Shown here: positions 19,388-29,565 of the stretch, one piece after another | Position numbering within the stretch: position 1 is the first letter of the stretch | How the letters are laid out: every line of letters starts with the position of its first letter | From: a virus | Virus record (IMG/VR): IMGVR_UViG_3300028176_000002 | Coordinates: 32,497 to 96,496 of that record | Strand: one strand, 5' to 3' | DNA length: 64,000 bases | Translations under genes and position numbers: made by a program | Notes under the pieces: model-generated | Database searches by the model: none | What the model was told of the DNA's origin: nothing | The model's input: only the letters and a program-made list of their open reading frames with translations

Positions 19388-20319
19388 CGTATTTCCTCCA
19401 ATAATATTTTCTTAATATCTTCAGGTACTTTATTTTCTTCTAAATATTTAATTAAAGATTCCCTTATGCTCATTTCATTTTTAGCAGTAATAAGCGTAGT
19501 ATCTGAAATGATAAAATCCTTCTTCTCCACAAACAAACTAAACTTCTCTTTATATGTTGATAAACTGTTAATAACCTTCGAATATGAGTCAAAATCCTTA
19601 AAAATGACACGAACCTTGGTTTTTGGGACAATTTTGTCCAGTATTGACTTAAATTCCTCTTCAGATTTAGCCAAAGAAGCGTATAGTGGCACTTTCTCCC
19701 CTTTGGGGTCTAAATATACATCTTTCATTGGATAGACTGATTTTAAGCCTAAAAGATGGTTAGTTTCATCCGTTCCTTTGTAATTTTCAATAAGAAGCAC
19801 GACCTTTGCTTTGTCTTGACTTTCAGCAAAATCAATGTATCTACAAGCCCCTAAATGCATAATATTTTTACCAATTGCCTGTAAAGAATGTTGATGACCT
19901 AAAAGAACATATTTATATTTTTTATAATCTTCTGCGGTCTTTGTGGCTCCATAACTTATGCTGCTTTCTGTTAATGTAAAATGCCCGCAATACATATATT
20001 CTTCATCAATATGTTCCTTTACTACTTTTACACTGGAGTGTAAGATTCCAAAATGGTTCATTATGGATTCTTCTGGTGTTGTAGACTCATGACTGTTTGC
20101 AGCTAAACAAATTAAAGGTCCATTTAATTTAGTTATAAATTTAGAAAATAAATCTAAGCATTCAGATTCAGGTTTCAATACGTCAAACGTATCTCCTAAA
20201 TTATAAACAGCATCTATTTTATACTTATTCGAAAGCATAATAATTTCATCAAGAACCAACGCACATTCCATTAGTTCAGATTTTTTAATATGCAAATCGG
20301 TAAATATTAATAAATTCAT
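19384..20319 (-). CDS. SbcD/Mre11/gp47-like nuclease
   Basis: TDLH, LGDTFD, NSHE, LGHQH; close to the SbcC-like gene. Confidence 0.85.
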   Translation of the reverse strand: MNLLIFTDLHIKKSELMECALVLDEIIMLSNKYKIDAVYNLGDTFDVLKPESECLDLFSKFITKLNGPLICLAANSHESTTPEESIMNHFGILHSSVKVVKEHIDEEYMYCGHFTLTESSISYGATKTAEDYKKYKYVLLGHQHSLQAIGKNIMHLGACRYIDFAESQDKAKVVLLIENYKGTDETNHLLGLKSVYPMKDVYLDPKGEKVPLYASLAKSEEEFKSILDKIVPKTKVRVIFKDFDSYSKVINSLSTYKEKFSLFVEKKDFIISDTTLITAKNEMSIRESLIKYLEENKVPEDIKKILLEEIR

Positions 20320-20788
20320 TTCTTTCCTTTTGCTAAATATTTTTTAATTGCTTTCTTTATAATTTTATAACCTAGTTTATGTAATTCTATTAAGTCTTGC
20401 CAGCTTGTTCTGGAAATAAACCAATAACCTTTCTTATTTTTCTTTATCTCGTACATTAATTCCTCCCTTTTTTCTTTTTATCTTCCGGTTTAGGTAATGC
20501 CTTCTTTTCATAAGGCGGAAGATTAAATAATTCATAACATTCCTCCGTAAGACCAGCCATGCCTTCTAAACGATGAAAAAATATTCTATCAAATAAATGT
20601 TTACAAGTCGGACATATTTCTTTTTGTTCTGATTGAACCTTCCCAACATAATTCATTACGTCTTCTTTGGAATCCAAAGACTCTTTCATTGCTTCTGGAC
20701 TAGCAGTATAAAGTATCCATGATTGACCATCTTTCATAGGATTGGCACATAAATCACAGTAATGTATTTCCATAAATATTCCTCCTAG

Positions 20789-21157
20789 TTAAAGACGTTT
20801 ACGTAATTTATTAGGTAGTATCGAATTTACTAAATAAATAAAAACTGATGGTCTTTTAAAATTTAAACAACCACGCATCTTATACGGATAAAATCTGTAA
20901 GTAGTAATCCATAAATCTAACATACAGATAATCGCTAATATTGCAGAAACAATAATAAACCAATCTAAAATAATCACACCATAATAAAATTTTACAATAT
21001 CATTAACAATCGCAAAATTAATAAATTTTCGAGATTGAGATTTAGCGTTTTTAGTGTGTCTAATTTTATTAGCCTGTAAAGTATACTTAATAGCATCAAA
21101 AATGCTAGTAACTACGAGTACACTTCCAACTATGTCTTTTAATAACCAATTACTCAT
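20789..21157 (-). CDS. PQ-loop/SemiSWEET-like membrane protein
   Basis: Three TM helices with a Q..KI..TK.A..S loop. Confidence 0.5.
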   Translation of the reverse strand: MSNWLLKDIVGSVLVVTSIFDAIKYTLQANKIRHTKNAKSQSRKFINFAIVNDIVKFYYGVIILDWFIIVSAILAIICMLDLWITTYRFYPYKMRGCLNFKRPSVFIYLVNSILPNKLRKRL

Positions 21158-21176
21158 TATTATTCCTTTCTAATAC

Positions 21177-21200
21177 AAGTATACCATAAATACTCCGCAA
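21177..21200 (-). promoter_or_regulatory. GCGGAG-N9-TATACT promoter (copy 2)
   Basis: TTGCGGAGTATTTATGGTATACTT. Confidence 0.7.
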
Positions 21201-21206
21201 TTCTTT

Positions 21207-21238
21207 GGGAGAAGGCGGTTTCCCAACCTTCTCTTTTT
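21207..21238. terminator. Stem-loop, possible terminator
   Basis: GAGAAGG...CCTTCTC hairpin just downstream of a stop codon and upstream of promoter copy 2; the T-tract is on the plus strand. Confidence 0.45.
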
Positions 21239-21764
21239 CTTATTTCTTCTTCAACTCGTTCTTCTTAGACTTTAATTCTTTCTTATCTTCTTCAGTCAAC
21301 AATTGATTACTTCTCATTGTGCTGAGGAATTTCATTGCGACTTTAATTACTTGTATCAATTTTCGGGCATCTGTCAATGCACCATCTGCCTCGATTTTAT
21401 CAATGTCGCTCAGAACTGCTTCAATTGTTATCATCTTTACTCCTTTCCTTTAGCATTATTTTTATTACTTTTTGATTAAAGGATAAACGAAAACTCCTAC
21501 TAATCCGCCTAACGCAATACCAACTATCGCTCCCACAATTAATCCGGTTACAAACATTATGACCTCCTTTCAATTAAAATAGCCAACTCTTGTCAATAAG
21601 ATTATAAAATGTGTTTAATAAATTATGCATATCTTTTAATTCTGTCTGTAAATTAATTAAAATAGTTAATACTTTATAAAATACTCCTACCATTAAGAAT
21701 GTTAATATAACCATTGCAACTCTTTGAACTATTCCTACTATGTTATACGCTTTTTCTAATCCGC

Positions 21765-22664
21765 TCACTTATCATCCCTCATTCTTATATATACCGGGTG
21801 CCGGGGCAAATCTTTTGCCCCTACGAGCATTCCTTTATATTCAATCATTCTACCTAAATATTTCTTTTGATTTTTCCATACTTCTTCTTTTTCTTCATCA
21901 GTCATCGCAATAGTAACTTTCAGTTCTTTTCCTTCATACATAACTATAAATGCTGCAGCTTTTTCAATTAAGATTCTATCATCTTTCTTTTTGCTAGTTA
22001 CTGACCTGCCAAGTTCATTAATCTTCTTTTCTGCACCTTCTCTGACCTCTGTGGCTTGAATAATTCCTATAATCTTTGCGTCGAATGTCATAAATGGTTT
22101 CATCTTATAAATTAAACCTTCTTTAATAGTTCCTCTCCCGCATTTATATTTTCCGTTAGGGTCTCTTAAAATTAATCCATCGCATCCCCAACCAATTGCG
22201 TTATCATATATTAAATTTATTTCTTCTGGTTTAAATATGCTCCACTGTTTCACCAATTCCATGTAATAGAAAGAAAACGGTAATGTTTCCAAAATATTAA
22301 TTCTAGTTTTAAATGACAAATCGTATTGTTCAAGAGGAATCGCATCAAAACAATAAAATTTTAAATCCTCCGGCAAATCTTTATCTAACTGTCTGGTAAT
22401 TCCAGATAGTTCGTTAAATGTTAAAGATTTAGCTATTAATTCTCCATCTAAAATTACACACTCTTTTTGGGCAGACTTTGCTATTTCTTCAAATCTATCC
22501 CATAATTTTATATTAGGGAATTGTTTTAATGCCCGGGAATACATTTTCCCATCTTTAAAAATACATCTTATTCCGTCAAATTTATATGAAACTAATAACG
22601 GATATTTTAATGTATTTATATCTATTTTTTCATTAGGTGCTAACATCGGTTTAAATGTTTTCAT
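21765..22664 (-). CDS. Minimal ATP-dependent DNA ligase
   Basis: KFDGIRC, LDGE, FD, DGLILR, KMK, PRHPVY. Confidence 0.9.
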   Translation of the reverse strand: MKTFKPMLAPNEKIDINTLKYPLLVSYKFDGIRCIFKDGKMYSRALKQFPNIKLWDRFEEIAKSAQKECVILDGELIAKSLTFNELSGITRQLDKDLPEDLKFYCFDAIPLEQYDLSFKTRINILETLPFSFYYMELVKQWSIFKPEEINLIYDNAIGWGCDGLILRDPNGKYKCGRGTIKEGLIYKMKPFMTFDAKIIGIIQATEVREGAEKKINELGRSVTSKKKDDRILIEKAAAFIVMYEGKELKVTIAMTDEEKEEVWKNQKKYLGRMIEYKGMLVGAKDLPRHPVYIRMRDDK

Positions 22665-22863
22665 GTTTTCCTTATACTTACCAGTTCATTCATTTCTATT
22701 ATGATATGATTAACTACAATATATCCGTTACCTATTTCATCAATAATCGCATCATGATTGCACTGTTCTCCATCTGGTTTACGGTATTCTACCCAAACGT
22801 CATCTCCAACCTTTAGGTTTCTTATTCTATTAGCAATTCTTCTATTTCTTTTCTTACGTTTCT

Positions 22864-23553
22864 TCATAGTTTTAATCCCGCAAAGCAAAGTAAAAGTGCA
22901 TCCGCAATGTTATCATCCTTAATCGGTTCTTCTACTACATTTCCAATCCATTTCATAATTTCCTGTTTCTTTTCCTTACCTTTACTCTTTTTTGGTAAAT
23001 GAGATTCAAATCCTACTAAATTTCTAGCGGTTATAGGGAAGATAATTTTTATTTCTCCAAACTTATCACATAATTTAGCATAAATAATTCCCTGTAATGC
23101 TCTTAAAAATCCAAATGTTACTACATTAATTTTTAAAAATGAATTCTCTAATATAAGTAGAGATTTATTTTTATCAAACTTTGGTAAACTAGGAATTAAT
23201 TCTTTATCAATCAACTTAACAAATTCAGCCAAGTGCTCCTGATACTTTTCTGCTTTTGATTCTGAATCTTTAGATAATTTAGGCAGTTCTAAAAGATAAG
23301 TTTTAACTAATAATTTACCATTAGTAATGTCTATCATCGCAATGCCTGACTTAGTAGCAGTATCAACTGCTAGACAGAAGACATTACTCTTTAATTTAAA
23401 ACCTAAATTGCGTTCAAGTTTCTTCAGTGATTTAATCATGTGGTAATTTCCATCCCATTGCTTCGTAAATTGCTGTTGCTTTTTTCCAAATATTCCTATC
23501 CGCAATAAGATTCCAATCCGGTTTATTATCTCCAATTCCAATAAAATCATCAA
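22864..23553 (-). CDS. RuvC-like Holliday junction resolvase
   Basis: LAVDTATKSG, ILE, DNIADALL. Confidence 0.65.
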   Translation of the reverse strand: MMILLELEIINRIGILLRIGIFGKKQQQFTKQWDGNYHMIKSLKKLERNLGFKLKSNVFCLAVDTATKSGIAMIDITNGKLLVKTYLLELPKLSKDSESKAEKYQEHLAEFVKLIDKELIPSLPKFDKNKSLLILENSFLKINVVTFGFLRALQGIIYAKLCDKFGEIKIIFPITARNLVGFESHLPKKSKGKEKKQEIMKWIGNVVEEPIKDDNIADALLLCFAGLKL

Positions 23554-25651
23554 ATGCCATAATTTCTTTATACTTCTTTACTTCTGTAGTTTTCATCTTA
23601 GTTAATTCTTGTGAAGACTCTGCTAATTCTTTTTTAGTCTTCTTAACTGATTTAGTTACAGTTCTAGTTTCAAATTTTTCAGGAATAATGTAAGTATAAT
23701 AATAATCCTGACCTATGCTTACTTGCCATTCGGGATGCTCTATCAGTGCATATCGCAAGGCTCTAATATGAATGGTTTCTACTTTATATGCTTCCGGTGA
23801 TTTACTTAATTTACATGGAAACGCTACATCTATCAAAGGTAATTTCTTCATTCTGATTTCTTCTGATAACATCCATGCATCAATTTCTTCCTTCGGTTTC
23901 TCATTTAATACATTAGTTAATAATTCCTCTTGGAATTTTTCCATAAATTTGCTACTATCACTCCTCAAAACTTCAACTCCCTTGATAGTTAATTTATCCT
24001 TTCCTATCATATGACCTATGTAATGCTTCTTAGTGAGAATAAATAACTTATCGAACGTTCCTTCGTATTTAAATTTTAACGTTCCAGAATCCTTTCCAAA
24101 ATGATTTAAAAATTCAGGAATAATTTGTTCATTAATCATTGACTGGATTACTTCATAATCTTCATCTGTCTTTACGAAAATTGAATCAGTATCACTTGCT
24201 ACAGTTTCATAACCGAATGTTTTTAGTCTTAATTTTGTATAACGAATTAAAAATCTTGCTAAATAAGTTATGGTAGATGCAATATCTTTATTATACATCC
24301 GACTGCTCTTAAATAATAAAGTTCCGTAAACGGTATTATTTACTCCTTTAATCGCAGCATCCTTTTGCTTCATCAAATCTTTAGCATCTCCGGTTAAAGT
24401 TTCTACTAATTTCTGAATCTCTTCACGGGAATTAACCATCTTTCTGCAAACCGTTGGCACAATTGCGTTTGTATTCTGCCAAATATTAACCTTATTTATT
24501 GTTACTGTTTGCGTGTTTGGTTCTTTTTTAACATTTACTGGGTCTAAATTAAAAGTGATAATAAGATTAGGATAAGTACCTCCAACGTCAAATAAATGAA
24601 CCCCTTTGTGCAATCCTGACTTAGCATAAACATAACCACCTATAATTTCGTCTTCTTCCGTACGTCTAAATTTTTCATCTTCATCTGGTTTTGACGGAAG
24701 TATAACACCTTTTTCTTTTGCTGTTTGTAAAATAACTCCATCTACTATTACTGAGTTCATGCATAAATCATCCCACATAACTTTACCTATACGTCTAAGT
24801 TCGTCAAAGTAATTAATAAGGTGAAACTTATTCTCTAATTCAACTAACATCTTAACGTCGTTAAGATTTTTCTCTTTAATCTTTTCGTCTACAATATGAA
24901 ATGCAAATTTTTCCGGTTTATATTCTTTTTTAAATTCAGTACAATACACATACTCTAATTTATACTTCTTAAATTTATAAACTTTCTTTACCATTTCATA
25001 ATAGTCTAGGATACTTATTCCTGCAGGAAAGCCATTACGTTTAACCATTTTTCCAATAGGACTAAGTTTCTCTTCTAATTTATTCGTAATATCACACACT
25101 AAATTAGCATACCTAACCGTCATATAAGGATAATCAAATCCCTTACTATTGTACCCAATTAATAAATCAGGAGAAATACTTTTAATATAATTGATGAATG
25201 CATCAATTAAAAGAAACTCGGATTTATAATCAAGTGTCCAGAATTGTTTATAGGTTTGTGTATAATTATCGTAGGTTGTTATGCAGGTAATTGGGTCCGG
25301 AGCATAAAGCGGGTCGGGCATGTTCTTAGATTGAGTTTCAATATCCCAAAATACAAATCTAAGTTCTGGTTTATCCATTGAAACTTTATCCAACAGATAT
25401 CTCTTGCAAAAATTAATATCTGCTTCTTGACTTAGATTAGTTTTCTTCTTGGATATTTGATAAGGGTCTCTTACGGTTATTTTTTCAAGTTTTTCACCAA
25501 AGTAACCTCTGAAAAGACCTGTTTTGGAAGGTTCGTAATAATAGGGGAATAGTGATTCGTCTTTCATAGTCTGCAGTTCTCTAGCAGGTCTATGAAAAAT
25601 ATAAATAGTTTTATTATCGTTATAAATATTTGTAATCTTTAATTTAAGCAT
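23432..25651 (-). CDS. Family B DNA polymerase
   Basis: Exonuclease motifs DIET and GYNSKGFD; polymerase motifs DVGGTYP, KGVNNTVYG, SDTDS. Confidence 0.95.
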   Translation of the reverse strand: MLKLKITNIYNDNKTIYIFHRPARELQTMKDESLFPYYYEPSKTGLFRGYFGEKLEKITVRDPYQISKKKTNLSQEADINFCKRYLLDKVSMDKPELRFVFWDIETQSKNMPDPLYAPDPITCITTYDNYTQTYKQFWTLDYKSEFLLIDAFINYIKSISPDLLIGYNSKGFDYPYMTVRYANLVCDITNKLEEKLSPIGKMVKRNGFPAGISILDYYEMVKKVYKFKKYKLEYVYCTEFKKEYKPEKFAFHIVDEKIKEKNLNDVKMLVELENKFHLINYFDELRRIGKVMWDDLCMNSVIVDGVILQTAKEKGVILPSKPDEDEKFRRTEEDEIIGGYVYAKSGLHKGVHLFDVGGTYPNLIITFNLDPVNVKKEPNTQTVTINKVNIWQNTNAIVPTVCRKMVNSREEIQKLVETLTGDAKDLMKQKDAAIKGVNNTVYGTLLFKSSRMYNKDIASTITYLARFLIRYTKLRLKTFGYETVASDTDSIFVKTDEDYEVIQSMINEQIIPEFLNHFGKDSGTLKFKYEGTFDKLFILTKKHYIGHMIGKDKLTIKGVEVLRSDSSKFMEKFQEELLTNVLNEKPKEEIDAWMLSEEIRMKKLPLIDVAFPCKLSKSPEAYKVETIHIRALRYALIEHPEWQVSIGQDYYYTYIIPEKFETRTVTKSVKKTKKELAESSQELTKMKTTEVKKYKEIMAFDDFIGIGDNKPDWNLIADRNIWKKATAIYEAMGWKLPHD

Positions 25652-25673
25652 TATACCTCGTTTCTAAAAATCG

Positions 25674-26039
25674 TTATCTATCCTCAATCTTTAATAAATG
25701 AAACGGAATCCATTGTGCTTCATATCCATTATCCCTCAACAAAGTAGTCATTGCTTGACCACCTACGGGATTCATACTATGAACATAAATTACCGCATGC
25801 TTCTGTAATTCATTTAAAACTAAATACTTCACGAATTCATAACCGGTTCTTTCTTCTTTTACTGCCTGTAAATTATTATACTCTAAATCATGGTCTAAAA
25901 ACATTATATCTATTTCATTATAAGTAACTGTTTGCTGTGCATCATCCAAATCTTTTGTAATATATAAATCATGATTCTTATATATACGCTTAAAAAATTC
26001 TATTCTGTTTGGATTATCTTCTAAAATAAGAATATGCAT
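25674..26039 (-). CDS. Stand-alone receiver-like domain (cyclic-phosphate processing receiver type)
   Basis: ILILED..R, FLDHDL, TGYEF, VHSMNPVG. Confidence 0.7.
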   Translation of the reverse strand: MHILILEDNPNRIEFFKRIYKNHDLYITKDLDDAQQTVTYNEIDIMFLDHDLEYNNLQAVKEERTGYEFVKYLVLNELQKHAVIYVHSMNPVGGQAMTTLLRDNGYEAQWIPFHLLKIEDR

Positions 26040-26040
26040 T

Positions 26041-27084
26041 TTATTCCTTTATTCCACTCGCAAAATAAAATGGTACGTGAACTTCGTCTCCTTCGGTACA
26101 TCCGTGTATCTGGGATTTATTAACGTGAATTACCGCATCAAATCCAATTTTAACGTCTATCATTTTTTCTTTACCGTTTTTATCTTTTTCTCCGGTAGGT
26201 CTCTTTTCGGTTACAGCATCCGCTCCTTGACCACGCCTAATACGTAAAATTAATCGTGAATTGTGCATAAGTGCATGCCCACCGCTTAATGTTTCTACTT
26301 TGATAAACGAACCAAGGTCTAGCCGAGCTTGCCCAATTAACAATAATGCACATTTTGCATCCGCAATATGTGGTGTTGCCATACGGAAGAACTGTGAAAG
26401 TTTACGAGCAAGTAAAGCCATAGTATCGTCTTGCACTGAACGTTCCTTATCTGCTTTACCCTCATACTGTTCACCATGCGGGCTTAAGCCTTGCACAGAA
26501 TCTAATACAATCACATCTACGACTTTTTCCTTACATAGTTTAATAACTGCGTCTAGCACAGCCTCAGCAGTCGGACAAATTAAATAAACTAGACTTTCAG
26601 TATCTACACCAAAGGACTTCGCCCAAATTACGTCGTATGACCTTTCAACGTCAAGGTATGCTGCGATTTTTCCTTCCGCCTGTGCGGTTGCGATTAATTT
26701 CAAAGCAAGTGTTGTTTTTCCACAACCTTTTGACCCCCAGATGCATGTCGTATTCCCTCTTTCTATTCCACCTCCGGTCAATTTATCTAAACATTTATAT
26801 CCGAAAGACTGACGTTCCCTAACGGAAATTGTATTAGCATAATCAACTTTAGCACCTTCAATATTTTTATTAATTTCTCGCATGACTCCTTTTAATTTTT
26901 CTCTACGCTCAATTTGTTCTTTAGATAATTTGATTACATGCTCTTCACCAAGAGCATCTTCTAAATCAATTCTCTCTATCTTTCCTTCCTTCGCTTCTTG
27001 TAATCCTTTTTCCACTTTCTTTTTAGATTCTTCTGAAAGAGGAACTAATTTATTTTTAGATTTACTGCCCTTTGGTCTTCCCAT
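26041..27084 (-). CDS. recA: RecA/UvsX recombinase
   Basis: GSKGCGKTT, DVE, VLDSV, ARKLSQ, Q.R, SGGHAL. Confidence 0.9.
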   Translation of the reverse strand: MGRPKGSKSKNKLVPLSEESKKKVEKGLQEAKEGKIERIDLEDALGEEHVIKLSKEQIERREKLKGVMREINKNIEGAKVDYANTISVRERQSFGYKCLDKLTGGGIERGNTTCIWGSKGCGKTTLALKLIATAQAEGKIAAYLDVERSYDVIWAKSFGVDTESLVYLICPTAEAVLDAVIKLCKEKVVDVIVLDSVQGLSPHGEQYEGKADKERSVQDDTMALLARKLSQFFRMATPHIADAKCALLLIGQARLDLGSFIKVETLSGGHALMHNSRLILRIRRGQGADAVTEKRPTGEKDKNGKEKMIDVKIGFDAVIHVNKSQIHGCTEGDEVHVPFYFASGIKE

Positions 27085-27290
27085 GATTATTCTCCTTTTA
27101 TTTTATAATAAATCAGTTTTCCAACAGATATTAAAACAAGCACTATAGAAATTAAAATCAATATCCCGCTTATAATTAAATTCATTTCTTCTTTCCTTTC
27201 CATGTATAATAACTGCAAGTATAAACTGTTCCTATGTTTTTACATTTCTTTTTACAGTCAACGCATAATCCCAGGAATATTTTTATTTTC

Positions 27291-28739
27291 TTATTCGAGG
27301 TCATTTAATCTTTTAACTTCTTTTTCTAATTCTTCAATTGTATGCAAAGCATCACATAAGGGACAAATTCTTCCCTCATACGCAATATCGCAATCAGAAC
27401 AATAATCCATTTTAGTTGCCTCCTTTAACATCGGTTTCCCATAAATAATCAAATAATTTATATGATTTACCATCTGAACTAGAATGATAAATTTGATTAG
27501 ATAACTGAACGTGTTTACCTAAACTTTCTAAAGGAATAGTCATTTTCTTTTTATTATAAGTAATAATTAATCCTTCTTTATTAAGAATACATTCATCTAT
27601 AATTGTACTCTTAACAGCGACATAACCTTTATACATCTTTTTAATTGTAATTTTTTTCATCTTAATCCCATAGATAATTAAAATATTTTTCAAATAACAC
27701 TATACCCTTATGAAACTTATCTTTTAAAATCAAATATTCTTTACTCTTCGGATTTAAATTATCCATCATTTTTAGATTTGCTTCAAATCCTTTTATGATG
27801 ATAGTCAATTCTTTATTTGTAGGTTCGAGACCTTGATGATATGTCTTAATTTGTTTTAATCCACCAACAATTACAGTAGCCAAATAATTATCAAAATCCC
27901 ATGTGTCGTTGTCGGCATATCCTCTATAACCTCTCTGAAAAAACCAATAAATTCTTCTTGGTAACATATCTAAATATCTTACAGGTCTATAGTATAGCTG
28001 ATATTTAAGTTCGTCTAATATGGTTCTCTTAGTTAATTTATCAAACTTATTCATCTTATCCTCTCTTTTTAGTACCTTTAATAATCTTTAAAAATTGCTC
28101 ATTAATTTCATCAGTTTCAATCTTATTATAAATGCTTCTATAAATATCATTCGTCATTTGTTCTGCTAAAACAATTTTCTGATGAATTGTAGAATTCTTT
28201 TTAAATAACTTCTCTAACGTATCAAAAGATTTCTTCATGGATTGATAGACTTCATTTAAAATCTTAATCTGTAAAGTAAGGTCATCCATTATAAACCTAT
28301 CTCCAATCTTGCATCTATTTCTGCAGTTAAATTATAAGGGCATGCATCACATGCATAAGGTTCAAAACAAACTGTTTCACCTTCATTAGTACATACACCG
28401 TTCATAATGTATGGAATATTATTATCCCAAACTATCATCTTATATCTCCTTCCTAAGTAAAGGTAAAAATCTCTGTCTTCCGTGTCCGTAATTCTGAATT
28501 GATAATTTAAGCCAATCCTCTAATAACGAAATATATTCTGTATCGCCTCGAATAATTAAAATATTAATACATCCCATTATCTTTAATTCTTGTAAAACTT
28601 CTTCCTGAATACCATATCCGTGTTCTTTTACCATATAGTGTTCAGGTCTGACCTTTTTAATGAAAGTATAATCAACAGGATTATATTCTCCTGCGAGTAT
28701 AGTTGTATTTTTTCTTGGGTCATGACAATGAATAAACAT
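27291..28739 (-). CDS. Run of small hypothetical genes (27291-27473, 27412-27693, 27662-28054, 28056-28289, 28440-28739)
   Basis: Closely packed, co-oriented ORFs; no function recognised. Confidence 0.55.
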
Positions 28740-29053
28740 TATTTCTCCTTAATTAACCGAAAAAATTCATCGCAATCTAAAGTTACTAATCTCCTACCAT
28801 TTACGTTTTCATGCACCATGAAGCAATATTTTGTTGTGTTAATCGGTAAATTATTATTGAGATGCAACCATACAGATTCTTTGATTGTGAAATCTTTCGT
28901 ATTTCTTTTTTTGCACTCAACATAACTAAATGAACTCATAATATCTTTCTGTTTACAATTCGTATAGAGCCTAGCATTAGGGTCTATTTCTTTAACCTTT
29001 AGTAATACGTATTCCTCAAGTTTATCGCCTATTTCCCGAGTCGTTTTACTCAT
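28739..29053 (-). CDS. PD-(D/E)xK nuclease (Hjc-like resolvase)
   Basis: G..LE....D....VECK. Confidence 0.6.
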   Translation of the reverse strand: MSKTTREIGDKLEEYVLLKVKEIDPNARLYTNCKQKDIMSSFSYVECKKRNTKDFTIKESVWLHLNNNLPINTTKYCFMVHENVNGRRLVTLDCDEFFRLIKEK

Positions 29054-29565
29054 ATTTTATAATATACCTTTGATTAATAATATCGTCAATAATCTCAATT
29101 TTATTTTTTACGTGCATTCCCAATAAAGAATAAAAACCCCACTTTAAACACTCCATCGTGGTTTTATGCATTTCAACGATATCGGAATATGTAAAAATTT
29201 TAGTTTTCATCTTAGATTAAAAATGGTTCCGAATCTGGAACTTCATTTAATGGATTCTTTTTCAATTGTGCATCTAACATAAGTGAAGCAATTACTTCCA
29301 AACAGTCATCACACATGCAGCCTTCCCATTTTAAACTTTTAGCTTTTACTAATACTTGTTCTTTTTCTTCCTTTGTCAATCTTTTCATTTCAGACATTTT
29401 AGACTCCTAATAATAACTTTAGTAATGAAAATTTATAATTATCACAATCTGAAACTTTATCTAATTCTATAATCTTAATTAAAACTTTTTTCCTGCAATC
29501 TAAACCAGAAACATCTGATTCATCACCGCAGTAGCAATATGTGCAGTATCTGCATGTTTTAAACA

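Noticed and set aside
23432-27084. Inteins or introns in polB or recA
   Set aside because: Lengths are normal; the small charged insertions lack splicing motifs.
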